A program made the position numbers and the translations under genes. This document shows, in pieces, positions 26,886 through 38,623 of a stretch of 64,000 nucleotides of DNA (the stretch's first letter is position 1; every line of letters begins with the position of its first letter). Source of the DNA: Eledone cirrhosa (lineage: Eukaryota). The notes below the pieces were generated by a model. It saw nothing but the letters and a program-made list of their open reading frames with translations. It was not told the DNA's origin and did not search any database. The stretch spans positions 310,248,001 to 310,312,000 of the forward strand of contig OZ024743.1 in the NCBI GenBank assembly GCA_964016885.1, given 5' to 3'.

Positions 26886-28058
26886 AAGCATGTGCATATT
26901 GGGTCCAGACAGCCTTAACCATAACGTGGTAGATAGATCAATAATATTGTGAACAATGGGAGCGGATCGGGTGGACTACATCCCACATGATCGATCAAAC
27001 CCCGGTAGAGTTTAAATCGAACAACGGGTTTTCCCCAAGCATCCCGTGGATATCTAATATATCCGCCCTTTATAACGCGAGCTACCTCCCATACTTTTCA
27101 TAAGCGAACAACGACTTCCTGCGTTCGTACGTTGACAACCGTTGGGAGTTACTAATGAGAAGGTAAATATTGAAATTGTGGAATATGATTGTGCTGCAAA
27201 TACGATAAATTATAAAACCACATTAAAGGCAAAGCGCGACAGTTGATATTGACTTCCAGCCGACCCAGGAGGGGTTATACCCGGCTGTGAAAGGATTACA
27301 ACCTCCAGATTCAGTGATCTACACGAAAACCACGTGGTGGACATGTAAACAACATTGTTGTCATGGGTAGTTCTACCCGTGAGTTTACTATATCTTCTGC
27401 AGTGGACATGGATGTTTTCAAGAAACATCTCAACACCTTGCTATCCAGGTCCCGGATGAGCTCACAGCAAGCAACACACCAGAAATTTACACTGTTTCTT
27501 ATAAGCTCGCCTATTAACCTAACCATAACTGCTTTTCCTTCACTCTGCCCTAGTTAATTCCATAGGCGGAGTCTTCTATATACGCTTTCTGTCTACGAGA
27601 CTAACTAGCCATTACGAATAGCATTTACTGTAGTATATTTACGTATAGTATGTCACTTTAGCAACATGCCGACTAGGCCATACTGTGTATTTCACGTGGG
27701 ACGTTGGGTTGCGTGACCGAACGTGAAGACTGTGAGAGATAGCAGATATAGCGGAGCCTTTTTATTTCCACTTCCTTCATTGGAGTGCCAGCAGTGCATG
27801 TACTCCGCTTCACCTCACTTAATTGTATTCTGTACTGGGTTTAAGGTGTTTGTTGCAGATTGCCTCTGTGGATAAATCCTCTATGCGTGTATTTGGAAAC
27901 CTGAAATAAAACAATGTAATTCTAAGCACTCTTTGATTATTCCTAACCTTATAAAGACTCTGTAGTATACTAGTTATCCTACATTGAGCTAAAACCACGC
28001 TGTCATACCGAGGACAATATAGCTGTGTTTCTGTGCACATTAGTATAATTGTCAACCA

Positions 28059-28109
<51 letters not shown>

Positions 28110-28112
<3 letters not shown>

Positions 28113-30730
28113 TCATCATCGTCATCATCATCGTTTAACGTCCATATTCCACGCTTGCATGGGTTTGGACGGGTGTTTTCCCACTTGAGGCAAGAGTGGT
28201 TGTCTTGCTCGCATAGGACTGTCTGGCGGGTTTTCTACGGCTGGATGACCTTCCTAACACCAACCACATTTACAGTGTGGAACTGGGAGGTTTTTACCGT
28301 GTTACCTACACGGCCACATTACAGCGTGGACTGTGTTTTTTTGTCGTGACACCTACACGACCTCATTTGTTTCGGGCTGGATATTGTGGTACCAACATAA
28401 CTTTACATTGAAAGGGGTGTGTAGATGGGGTGGGGGTAGTGGGACGGGGGTGTATTTTGTTAGAGGTTCCTATTGACTGTAGTAGTTTTCACTTCTCTAC
28501 TTAGGTAAGGCGGGTCTTCTCTATTACTGTGTAACGCCAAAGCTCTCGGTCCAATGACATTGTCTTGGAGAGGTGTAAGTGTGTGAGGTCGGAATTTATC
28601 AAGTCGTCCCAGGTTTTTCTGGGTCTGCCTACTCCGTTGCTACCGTCTATTTTTATTGCCCTGCACTTTTTCTATACAGATGTCGTCTTTCATGAGCATC
28701 ACGTGACCATACCAACGTAGCCTTCTCTCGAGTAAACAACATCTGATCCCTCTTATTTCTAATTTTCCCTTAGCTCGCTTATGCTTTGCCGTTCACGTAT
28801 ATTACTATTACACATCCAGCGGAGCATGCAAGCTTCGTTCCTCTCCAGTCTGCGTATATCCTCTGCACACAATGCCCAGGTCTCACTGCCATGCAACATT
28901 GCTGTTCGTATGCAGGCATCATACAGCCTGCCTTTCATTTTAAGGGAGAACCCTTTAGCGGCTAATAGTGGTATAAGCTCTCAGAACTTTTTCCATCCAG
29001 TTCTGATTCTAGCTACTGTACTTCCAGAGCACCCTCCCTCACTGCTGATTTTGTCACCCAGGTAACGGAAGCTGTCCACTATTTCTATAGAACCATCTGT
29101 GCAATGGAATGAGCTAGTATTCTGTGGGCACTTGCTGCTACTTATTGCACCACAGCACCGGCCACATATAAAATCTATGTTCTTAGTTAGCTTACCTGTG
29201 ATCCTACTACATCTTTTATGCACCCATATTTTGCATTTGGGACATAAAATTGAGTTTCTACCTACTCCTTTCCTACACACTGAGCATGGCCATTTCCCGG
29301 ATGGGACCGGCGCCCTATTTTCCTTCCTACAAACTAGAACTTTAGTCTTAGACAGGTTAATTTTAAGGCCTTTTGATTCTAGGCCATGCTTCCATGTTTG
29401 TAATTTCTTCTCTGGTTCGGCCATTGATTCAGCTATGAGCTTTAGATCATCTGCGTATAGGAGTTCCCACGGGCAGCCGGTCTTGAACTCAACTGTTATA
29501 GCCTGAAGGGCGATAATAAATAGTAGGGGGCTAAGAACGGAGCGCTGATGAACACCAACTTTTACGGTAAACTCTTCACTATATTCGTTGTTAATTCTAA
29601 CCTTGCTGACTGTTTCTTTATACATGGCTTGTATAGCTCTCACAAGCCATTCATGAACACCTAGTTTTCTAAGAGCCCACCAGATAATGGAACGGGGAAA
29701 TCTGTCGAAGGCTTTCTCCAAGTCGACAAAAGCTATGTATAGGGGTTTACTTTTAGCTAGGTACTTCTCCTGTAGTTGTCGTACAATGAAAAGAGCGCCT
29801 GTGGTACTTTTGCCTGACACAAACCCGAACTGCATTTCATCTAGATCAATTCTCTCTCTGATTAGTTGCGCTATTACTTTTTCTGTGATCTTCATGGCCT
29901 GGTCGATTAATTTAATGCCTCTATAGTTACTCCTATATAGGGTATCTCCTTTACCCTTGTAGCAGTTAATGATGAGGCTGCTACGCCAGTCCTTCGGAAC
30001 AACCCCATTCTGTATGACTTGGTTTACTATCCCGGTGACCTTGTTGTGTCCCACCGTTCCAGAAGCTTTCAGCATTTCAGCAACTATTTCCGAAGGCCCA
30101 GCCGCCTTACCCGTCTTCATATCTTTGATTGCCTTACTTATTATACTACCTTCGACTAACACTGCTGGTCCCTCTATTGGGTCGATGTGGGGGAAGACTC
30201 TCCCATTTATTCTCCTCATTTAGTAGCCTTTCGTAGTGACACTTCCAAGCTACCTTCTTATCAGCGTCAGTGATGGCAAGTACACCATCATCATTAAGTA
30301 CACACTTCTCCCCGAAAATATGACGGTTTTCCTTGACACATTGCCTAGCAATCCTGAACACCTCGCGTTTTTGGTCCTCGCGTTGAAGAACATGCTTGAA
30401 CTTTCTTTCCTCTGCTTCCCTTCTTGCGAAGTACACTTATCTCCTAGCTTCCCTCCTGGCCACTTGAGTGTCTTCTCCACTTCCCCCATCCCGCCATACT
30501 TTCCAAGCCTGCTTTTTGGCCTTAATTGACACCTCCACCTTACTGTTCCACCACCATGTTACTCTCCTCCTGCCTATAGACCTGCTCCAGCCACAGACTT
30601 CGTCTGCCGCCATCAGCAGGTTTGCTTTCAGGAATTCCCAGTTCCTCTATATTGTAGACTCTAAATGCTCTTCCTTACTGTCGAAAGCATCAAGTAATAT
30701 GCTTTTAAATTTTTTATGGCTGTTTAAACC
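28110..30730 (-). mobile_element. RTE-type LINE, 5'-truncated and frameshifted, with a PHD finger after the RT core
   Basis: KAAGP, YKGKGD...NYRGIKL, FVDLEKAFD, VGVHQRSVLSPLLF, LYADD, then CSVC...C..C..WVHKRC...CGRC. The (GAT)n 3' tail at 28110-28132 abuts (TA)n. Confidence 0.92.
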
Positions 30731-30814
30731 ATTGAACGCCACCCATACCAATCCCCGCCCTCTCCTACCACCAGATAAGGAAATAAATAAATACTACCAT
30801 TTACTTGGACAGCC

Positions 30815-30865
30815 AGCTTCCTGATGATTTCTCACGAATGAAACAGTTCTAGTCCTGTAGAAGCT
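30815..30865 (+). ncRNA. Type I hammerhead ribozyme (family D), intact core
   Basis: agcttc-CTGATGA-tttc tcac gaat-GAAA-cag ttctagtc ctg-TA-gaagct. Confidence 0.78.
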
Positions 30866-32008
30866 CTTCTATATCAAAACTATATATATATGTATATATA
30901 TATATATATATATATACACACAAAGGTATCCACTGTAAGTTGTGGGGTCTATTCTGTATGAAGAACTCAATGTAATCTAGATGTTGAAAATGTTGTAGGT
31001 TAAGATAAATCCCGGAAAACAATAAAACATTAAAAGGAAAACAGAGTCATGATATGAGTTAAAACAATGAAATAAAAAAATCAAGTCATTAGAGATATAC
31101 TTCCCTGCTTTACGATCGTTTCTAGATGGTGATAATACATTGTATCTATGCTCAATTATTAATCTATGTAAGTTTACAAACTATCAGATAGAGAGAATAT
31201 TTACTTACATGCATATCACCAGCTGTTTTCAAAAGCAATAATAATTTTATTCAATAATAATTTTACTCAGAATTAGTATCATGTACATATTTGGAGGTAG
31301 TTGAAGAACTAACGAATCAAATTGTTTTTTTCATATGGTGTTAAGATGAAAAGTAATACACTTTAGTTGAGGTCATGGCCCTTTTAAAGGAATCGTTGAA
31401 AGGTGTTAGTAGAAATGGCATAAAAATCTATTAGGAAGGAAGGGGATTGTCAAACTGATAGTTGAATGTATCTTGTATAGTGAATTTAAAAGGAATGTCA
31501 AAATAAATGGTGATTAGTGTTGTATTGAGTTTTGAGGTGAATATAAATTAATGTTATGGCTAGGAAAGATAGTATATTAAAAGATGACAATTATAATAAG
31601 ATAATGTGATATAGTAATGCGATAATATACAACTTAACCAACAGAATATAGTATGGTGTGGTAAATTGCACTCAGTATAATATAACATATTATGCGCTCT
31701 AAAATATTACTAAGTATGTTCATTCATAAACAATCAAACTAAAATAGGTACATGTTGGCATAGTTAAAACACATAAATTTCATAGTCTACAAAGTGCATA
31801 TATTCACATCACATATAGAGAGAGGTACAGTTATATTGATATCCAACCAACATATACATACGTGCAAATAGATGCAAACCTAAATACACATCCACACGCA
31901 TGCATATAATCATATATATACATATCCATACATATCGATATCCACACATACACATTTATACCCCCTTATAAACATATACACATACAGATACATACACATA
32001 TACACACA

Positions 32009-32121
<113 letters not shown>

Positions 32122-32162
32122 AAATAAATCAAAGAAGCCTTCAATACATCAAAAGTCTTTAT

Positions 32163-32203
32163 TAGCCAACAATGTTTCGTCCTATTAAGGACTCATCAGG
32201 GCA
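32163..32203 (-). ncRNA. Minimal type I hammerhead (family E)
   Basis: Minus strand: gcc-CTGATGA-gtcc ttaata ggac-GAAA-c att g-TT-ggc. Confidence 0.78.
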
Positions 32204-33172
32204 AGTAAAGCTATAAGAAGCACTATCGGCCAATACAAGCCAAAAACTCAGAAGAATATGGAGTATACATACATTAAAGCATAGGAAAATTATCAAGTAA
32301 AAATTGCTAAGGAAGTGAATAACATTTTGAACCATATTACAAATATAGTACAATGCTAAGACTAAAGCTAAACACAAGTGGTGGTATTTTTATAATTTTT
32401 GTAATGTTTAGATTATACTTATTTATACCAATTGTATAAAAACTTGATATACGTCTTTTTTCTTACAACGGTATAGATATTTTTCCAGCACAATCTTTTC
32501 AACACAATTTAGTTCTGTATGATATTTTTTTTTCTCACCCCCTGTGTGTAACTTTATATGATTTGTTATGTTATATGCCAATATATTATAATATTGTTAT
32601 TATAGTGTTATTGTAATATTTATACTGTTTGTGCAAATTGACCGGAGATTATTAATTTATATTTATATAGTATATTATATTTTATATGTTTATTTTTACT
32701 CATTTCTTTATCATTTTATACTGTAAATAAAATATGTATTATTTTTATTTTTATTTTTATTTTTATTTTTATTTTTATTTTTATTTATATTTAAACTCTT
32801 AATAAGTGTTAGTTTTGGTTTGTATAGATGGATATGTGTATTGATATATATATGTATATGTATATGTGTACATATGTATATGTATGTTTATTGGGCCTTT
32901 TAATATTATTATTATTATCATTATCAATTATATTATATTATATTATATTATGTTTAGCACCGTAATTCTCCCTTTATATCACCACTTGTGTTTAGCTTTA
33001 GTTTTTAAATTGTACTATATTTGTAATATGGTTCAAAATGTTATTCACTTCCTTAGCAATTTTTACTTGATAATTTTTACTTGATAATTTTCCTATGCTT
33101 TAATGTATGTATACTCCATATTTTTCTGAGTTTTTGGCTTGTATTGGCCGATAGTGCTTCTTATAGCTTTAC

Positions 33173-33215
33173 TTGCCCTGATGAGTACTTAATAGGACGA
33201 AACATTGTTGGCTAA
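33173..33215 (+). ncRNA. Minimal type I hammerhead (family E), one stem II mismatch
   Basis: gcc-CTGATGA-gtac ttaata ggac-GAAA-c att g-TT-ggc. Confidence 0.72.
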
Positions 33216-33520
33216 TAAAGACTTTTGATGTATTGAAGGCTTCTTTGGTATATTTCTTAATTACATTGAGCTATACCTTTACTGTCATTTCTATCATACG
33301 AAGAGGGTGTTTAACTACAACACACTCTAGTATTTTAATTCTTATATATATATATATATATACACACATACATACATACATATATACATGTACATACATA
33401 TAGACACACACATACATATATACATACATATATACATACACATATACACATATATACATATATATATACACATATATATATATATACATATAGAGTACCG
33501 TGCTCCTTTTGTTAATATCG

Positions 33521-33585
<65 letters not shown>

Positions 33586-33609
33586 TGTAATAAACAACAC
33601 AAGGCAATT

Positions 33610-33670
33610 ATTTCATTTTCCAGTGGTTTCTTAAAAGCAAAAAAAATTTTTATTTCAATCATCAGAATGA
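33610..33670 (-). ncRNA. Hammerhead (family A) with mutated NUH site
   Basis: Minus strand: ttcatt-CTGATGA-ttgaaa...ttttaa-GAAA-ccactgg-AA-aatgaa. Homologous to 949-1008. Confidence 0.62.
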
Positions 33671-34525
33671 AAAAATCCTGGTGTATTTATTGACGTTGGA
33701 TTTTAAAAACAAAAATGTAATCAATATGAAAGTGAGGCTGGAAAAGGAAGAAGGAAAGGAAAAAAAAACACACATGCAAACACACACACACACACACACA
33801 ATTATATACATACACATATATATATACATACACACATACATACACACACACATACACACACACACATATATATGTGTATATATATACATACACATACATA
33901 GACACATACATACACATATAAATATCAAAATATCCATACATACACATATATACAAATACACAAACGTACATACATATACATGCATATATATATATATATA
34001 TACATAAACATATATATACATACATACACACACATACATATATATACACACACATACATATATATATATACATACACATACATATACATACATATATACA
34101 TACACATACATACATACATACACACAATCATACGTATATACACACGTACATACATACACATACATACACACATATATACACGCATACACAAATATAGAAA
34201 TATACATACGCATGCACAAATATAGAAATATATACACACACCTACATACTCACACACACAAATAAATATAAGAAAAAATATATAATAATAAAAAAATGAA
34301 AATGAATATAAAGATTATTATAGTGTTGACAGCGATACAGGCAACAAATAAATGAACAAACACACCTGGTAAGCAATGCACACAAATGCACGTACACATA
34401 CATACGTAAAAATAAATACATACACACACACTCACACATACGCATACATATACAAATACATAAACACATACATACGCATACACATATACATACACACACA
34501 CACATATATACATATATACATATAT

Positions 34526-34582
<57 letters not shown>

Positions 34583-34839
34583 TATATATATACATATATA
34601 CATACATACATATCCATACATACATACACATACATATACATACATATCACAAACACATGCATACAAATACAAACACACACATATATATGAGTGTAAAACT
34701 CATTCTTAGGTAATTCATATGAACCTTGTTTAACTCTAAAATATATATATATATATACATACACATATATACATATACATATATATATATATATATACAT
34801 ATATATACCTACACACACATATGCATACACATACGTATG

Positions 34840-34871
<32 letters not shown>

Positions 34872-35319
34872 TATAATTATATATATATATATATATGAGA
34901 AAGAACATAAATATTATATATATAAAAAAACCTAAATATTGTATATATAAAAATAAAAATAGAAATGAAAATAAAAAGTTGGGAATACGACAAATAATAA
35001 ATAAAAAATATAATATATTTTTTTATTTATTATTTATCGTATTCCAAACTTTTTATTTTCATTTGTAAGGGTATGTCATGTATCATTTTATTTTATCATT
35101 AGGACGTAATGTTTAACTTGATTCAAGTACCTCTGAAATATGTATAATAAAATTTAATTGATCACAAGAACATCTATTTTTATATATTTGAATTTAATAT
35201 ATATATATATATATGTATGTATATATATGTATATATATGTATGTATATATATGTATATATATGTATATATATGTATATATAAATGTATGTATGTATATAT
35301 ATGTATATATATATATATG

Positions 35320-35610
35320 TTTGAATATGTGTAATAAGGCCAAGACAATGCAGGTATGGACATAGAAAAAAGAATGCAATAGTGAAAGATATTGATGAGA
35401 ATTCGTCTTTCACCTTGAATTTATTTAAAAGGACATTTAAATAAAAGGACATTTATTTAAAAGGACATTTATTTAAAAGAACATTTATTTAAAAGGACAT
35501 TTAAATAAATTCAAGGTGAAAGACGAATTCTCATCAATATCTTTCACTATTGCATTCTTTTTAATATGTCCATACCTGCATTGTCTTGGCCTTATTACAC
35601 ATATTCAAAC
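35320..35610. repeat. Fold-back (35320-35428 / 35500-35610) with a loop of ~5 x 16-bp tandem units
   Basis: Unit ggacatttatttaaaa. The arms are homologous to the PLE end at 36248-36405. Confidence 0.9.
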
Positions 35611-35780
35611 GTTTATACCTCATTACACAATGCTTCAAGTGAACTATAACCTCCTCCATATATATATATATATATACATATACATACATACATATGTATA
35701 TACATATATATACATATATATACATATATATACATACATATATATACATATATATACATATATATATATATATATTAATA

Positions 35781-35823
<43 letters not shown>

Positions 35824-35900
35824 GCATATATATGTATATATATTTGTATATATATATGTATATATATATGTATATATATATATATGTATATATATATATG

Positions 35901-35945
<45 letters not shown>

Positions 35946-36189
35946 GTATATATATATGTATATATATGTATATATATATGTATATATATATATGTGTATA
36001 TATATATATACATATGTATATATATATATGTATATATATGTATATATATATGTATATATATATATGTGTATATATATATATATATATGTGTGTGTGTATA
36101 TATATATATGTATATATATATGTATATATATGTATATAAATGTATATATATGTATATATATATGTGTATATATATATATGTATATATAT

Positions 36190-36227
<38 letters not shown>

Positions 36228-36247
36228 GTATATATATGTATATATAT

Positions 36248-37930
36248 AGGAGGAAGTTATAGTTCACTTGAAGCATTGTGTAATGAGGTATAAACGTTTG
36301 TATTTGTATGGCCAAGACAATGCAGGTATGGATATAGTATATAAATGCAAATGCAAAAGATATTGTTGACCATTAGTCTTTTACCTTAAATTTATTTAAA
36401 TATCCTTAATTTTCGAGATATCTCTTCTTCGGAGGGAAGTAAAGTGGTTAATCCAGCGTTCTAATTAGCTTGCCAAGTCATGCTGACAGGAAATGGTATA
36501 GAGATTCCATTCTATATCTAATGTCAAAGAGTGAAGGTTAGGTGGATAAAGAGTAGTCTCCCTTTAAAAGGGGTTTTGTACATGTATGTTTAAGTGTGTG
36601 GGAGAGTACGTGAAGGCGTAAGTATGCGCGCGCGTGTGTGTGTGTGTGAGAGTGTGAGAAGATATGCCTATACGTAAATGTGGGGCCTAGATACTATATC
36701 ATGTTAAAACTGGTCTTTGTGTGTGTATGTGTGTGTTTGAGAGAGAATAGGTGGAGGTGTAAGCGTGTGTGTGTGTGTGTGTGTGCGTGTGCGTGTGCGT
36801 GTGTGTGAGCGTGTGCGTATGTGTGAGAAGGGGTGTAAGTTTGGGGCTAGGTACTCTATCAAGTTATAAATTGGGTGTTGAGTTCTAGTCTATTATTGAT
36901 TGGTTGTTGTGTTTTGTCTATAATCAGTGCTTCCTTAATTCTAAGATTGCCGAGGTTTCTTTCCTTAGTTTCTATCCTAACTGTTATGTTTTTGTCAGTG
37001 TTTTTGAATTTCACTAGGTGTTTCTTAAATGAGGAAGCGTTAGTATTGAGGTGTTCTTTTATTCTCATGTGAAGTGGTCTGGTGGTGCTACCTACGTAGA
37101 AGTTGCTGCATTTGTCGCACTCTAATCTGTATACGACGTAAGCCTGGTGGCATAGGTCTGTGTCGTTGATGGGGCCATTGGCTAACCTGGTGGAGTGTCA
37201 TTTGGTTAGCTGTCCGCGTAGAGAAAGTCCCGAGTGGGCTAGTTGGATATCTAGTCCCTCTCGTCTGATAGATCTGCGGATGGCTGTTGTTGTTTCGTCA
37301 CCGAAGTGTGGGAGCTTCAGGAATCAGGTGTTAGTGCCTCGGGTGTGGTGTCCTCTGTTATTTCTAGCATGGTTCGTGGTGGACGTCGGGTATCCGTTCA
37401 GTTTGAGTACTTCCAGGAAATGTGTGGTGTGTGTGTCTCGGTCTCTAGCGTCGGTGCATTTTTTCCGGATACGTGTTAGTTCATTCCTTATGTATCCGAT
37501 CTCAGCGCCGGCTGGGAGGGCCGATCTGAAATGTACGAACAGGTATCTGCTGGCGGCTTTTTTTATAGAAGCAGGTGTGGATGTTGCCTTCCTCTGTTAC
37601 CCTGAGTTGGAAGTCCAGTAGGGATAGGGATCCGCGGTCATCGGGGTGTTCCATGCTGAACTTTATACTGGCGTCCATGCTGTATATTTTATCCGCATGT
37701 ATATTTTATCCGCCTCCTCACAGATGATGTAAGGATGAGTATGTCATCTACATATCGGCTGAAGAAGGTATGGGAATGGCAGGTGTTGAGGGCTCGTCAT
37801 TCTAGCTGGTTGATATAGGTGATGGCCAGCAGGCCCGATAAGCTGGATCCCATGGGTAATCCTGTTGTCTGTCTGTATGTGTGGTGGTGGAAGGGCCACA
37901 AATAAATAACCGATCCGAGAGAAGCGAAAT
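36248..37930 (-). mobile_element. Penelope-like element (degraded RT, GIY-YIG and 3' tail)
   Basis: YRQTTGLPMGSSLSGLLA, YVDD (~37745), VYRLECDKCSNFYVGSTTRPLHMRIKEH and IKEALII...INNR.E. Confidence 0.88.
36403..36436 (-). ncRNA. Degenerate minimal hammerhead (family F) in the PLE tail
   Basis: Minus strand: cct-CCGAAGA-a gag atat ctc-GAAA-at-TA-agg. U4C change and minimal stem III. Confidence 0.5.
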
Positions 37931-38568
37931 GAGGTCGTTGGTTTAAATAAACAAACGAGGCAACAACACATGCACACACACACACACACAAGCGAGACAA
38001 CAACACACGCACACACACACACACACAGTAGCTTTCCACCATACGAATATACTAATACCAGTACGGGCAGATAATACAATGGATTGACAGCTAACGCCAC
38101 CCCACTCCCACAATTAAAAGAACTATATCGGCCGCCGACCTCTACTTGACCGACCGCATTTCACGTGCTCTGCTGAATACCACAGATATTCAAAACAACG
38201 AACAGCGGAGGACACGTTTCGCACCTTTCCGACAGATAACCTCACACCACCCTGAAAAAAACCCCATTTGATGGATGTGAATCCGAAATATATAGAGACA
38301 ATTAAATCTCTCCCAAAGTAACTCTATCTCGTGTTATTATTTTTATTTTATACGCTCTTTCCTACGTTTTTCTACACACTATACATCTCATTCTACATTC
38401 ACTTACATCTCTCTCTTCACCACCGGATCTTGTTACCCGGAAAATTACCCATCGGCATTGTTGAGGCTTCGAAAACGACCTAAAGAAATTATTATTCCAC
38501 AATGCTTCAAGCAAACTTCAATATTCTCACATATATATATATATATGTGTGTGTGTGTGTATGTGTAT

Positions 38569-38618
<50 letters not shown>

Positions 38619-38623
<5 letters not shown>

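Larger units (their letters stand above)
32130..33247. repeat. Inverted repeat (32130-32383 / 32979-33247), PLE pseudo-LTR-like, with a hammerhead in each arm
   Basis: Arms are near-exact reverse complements, separated by a ~600-bp AT-rich spacer. Confidence 0.9.

Noticed and set aside
27755-27905. Possible minus-strand terminal exon (ttttatttcag ... AATAAA)
   Set aside because: All frames stop quickly and no homology is recognisable.
31100-31160. Minus-strand TTGAGCA-tagat...atcta-GAAAcgatcgTA hammerhead-like motif
   Set aside because: Two core mismatches and no stem I. At most a decayed relic.
35428-35500. Short regular repeats resembling a CRISPR array
   Set aside because: Head-to-tail 16-mers with no spacers, in a eukaryotic context.
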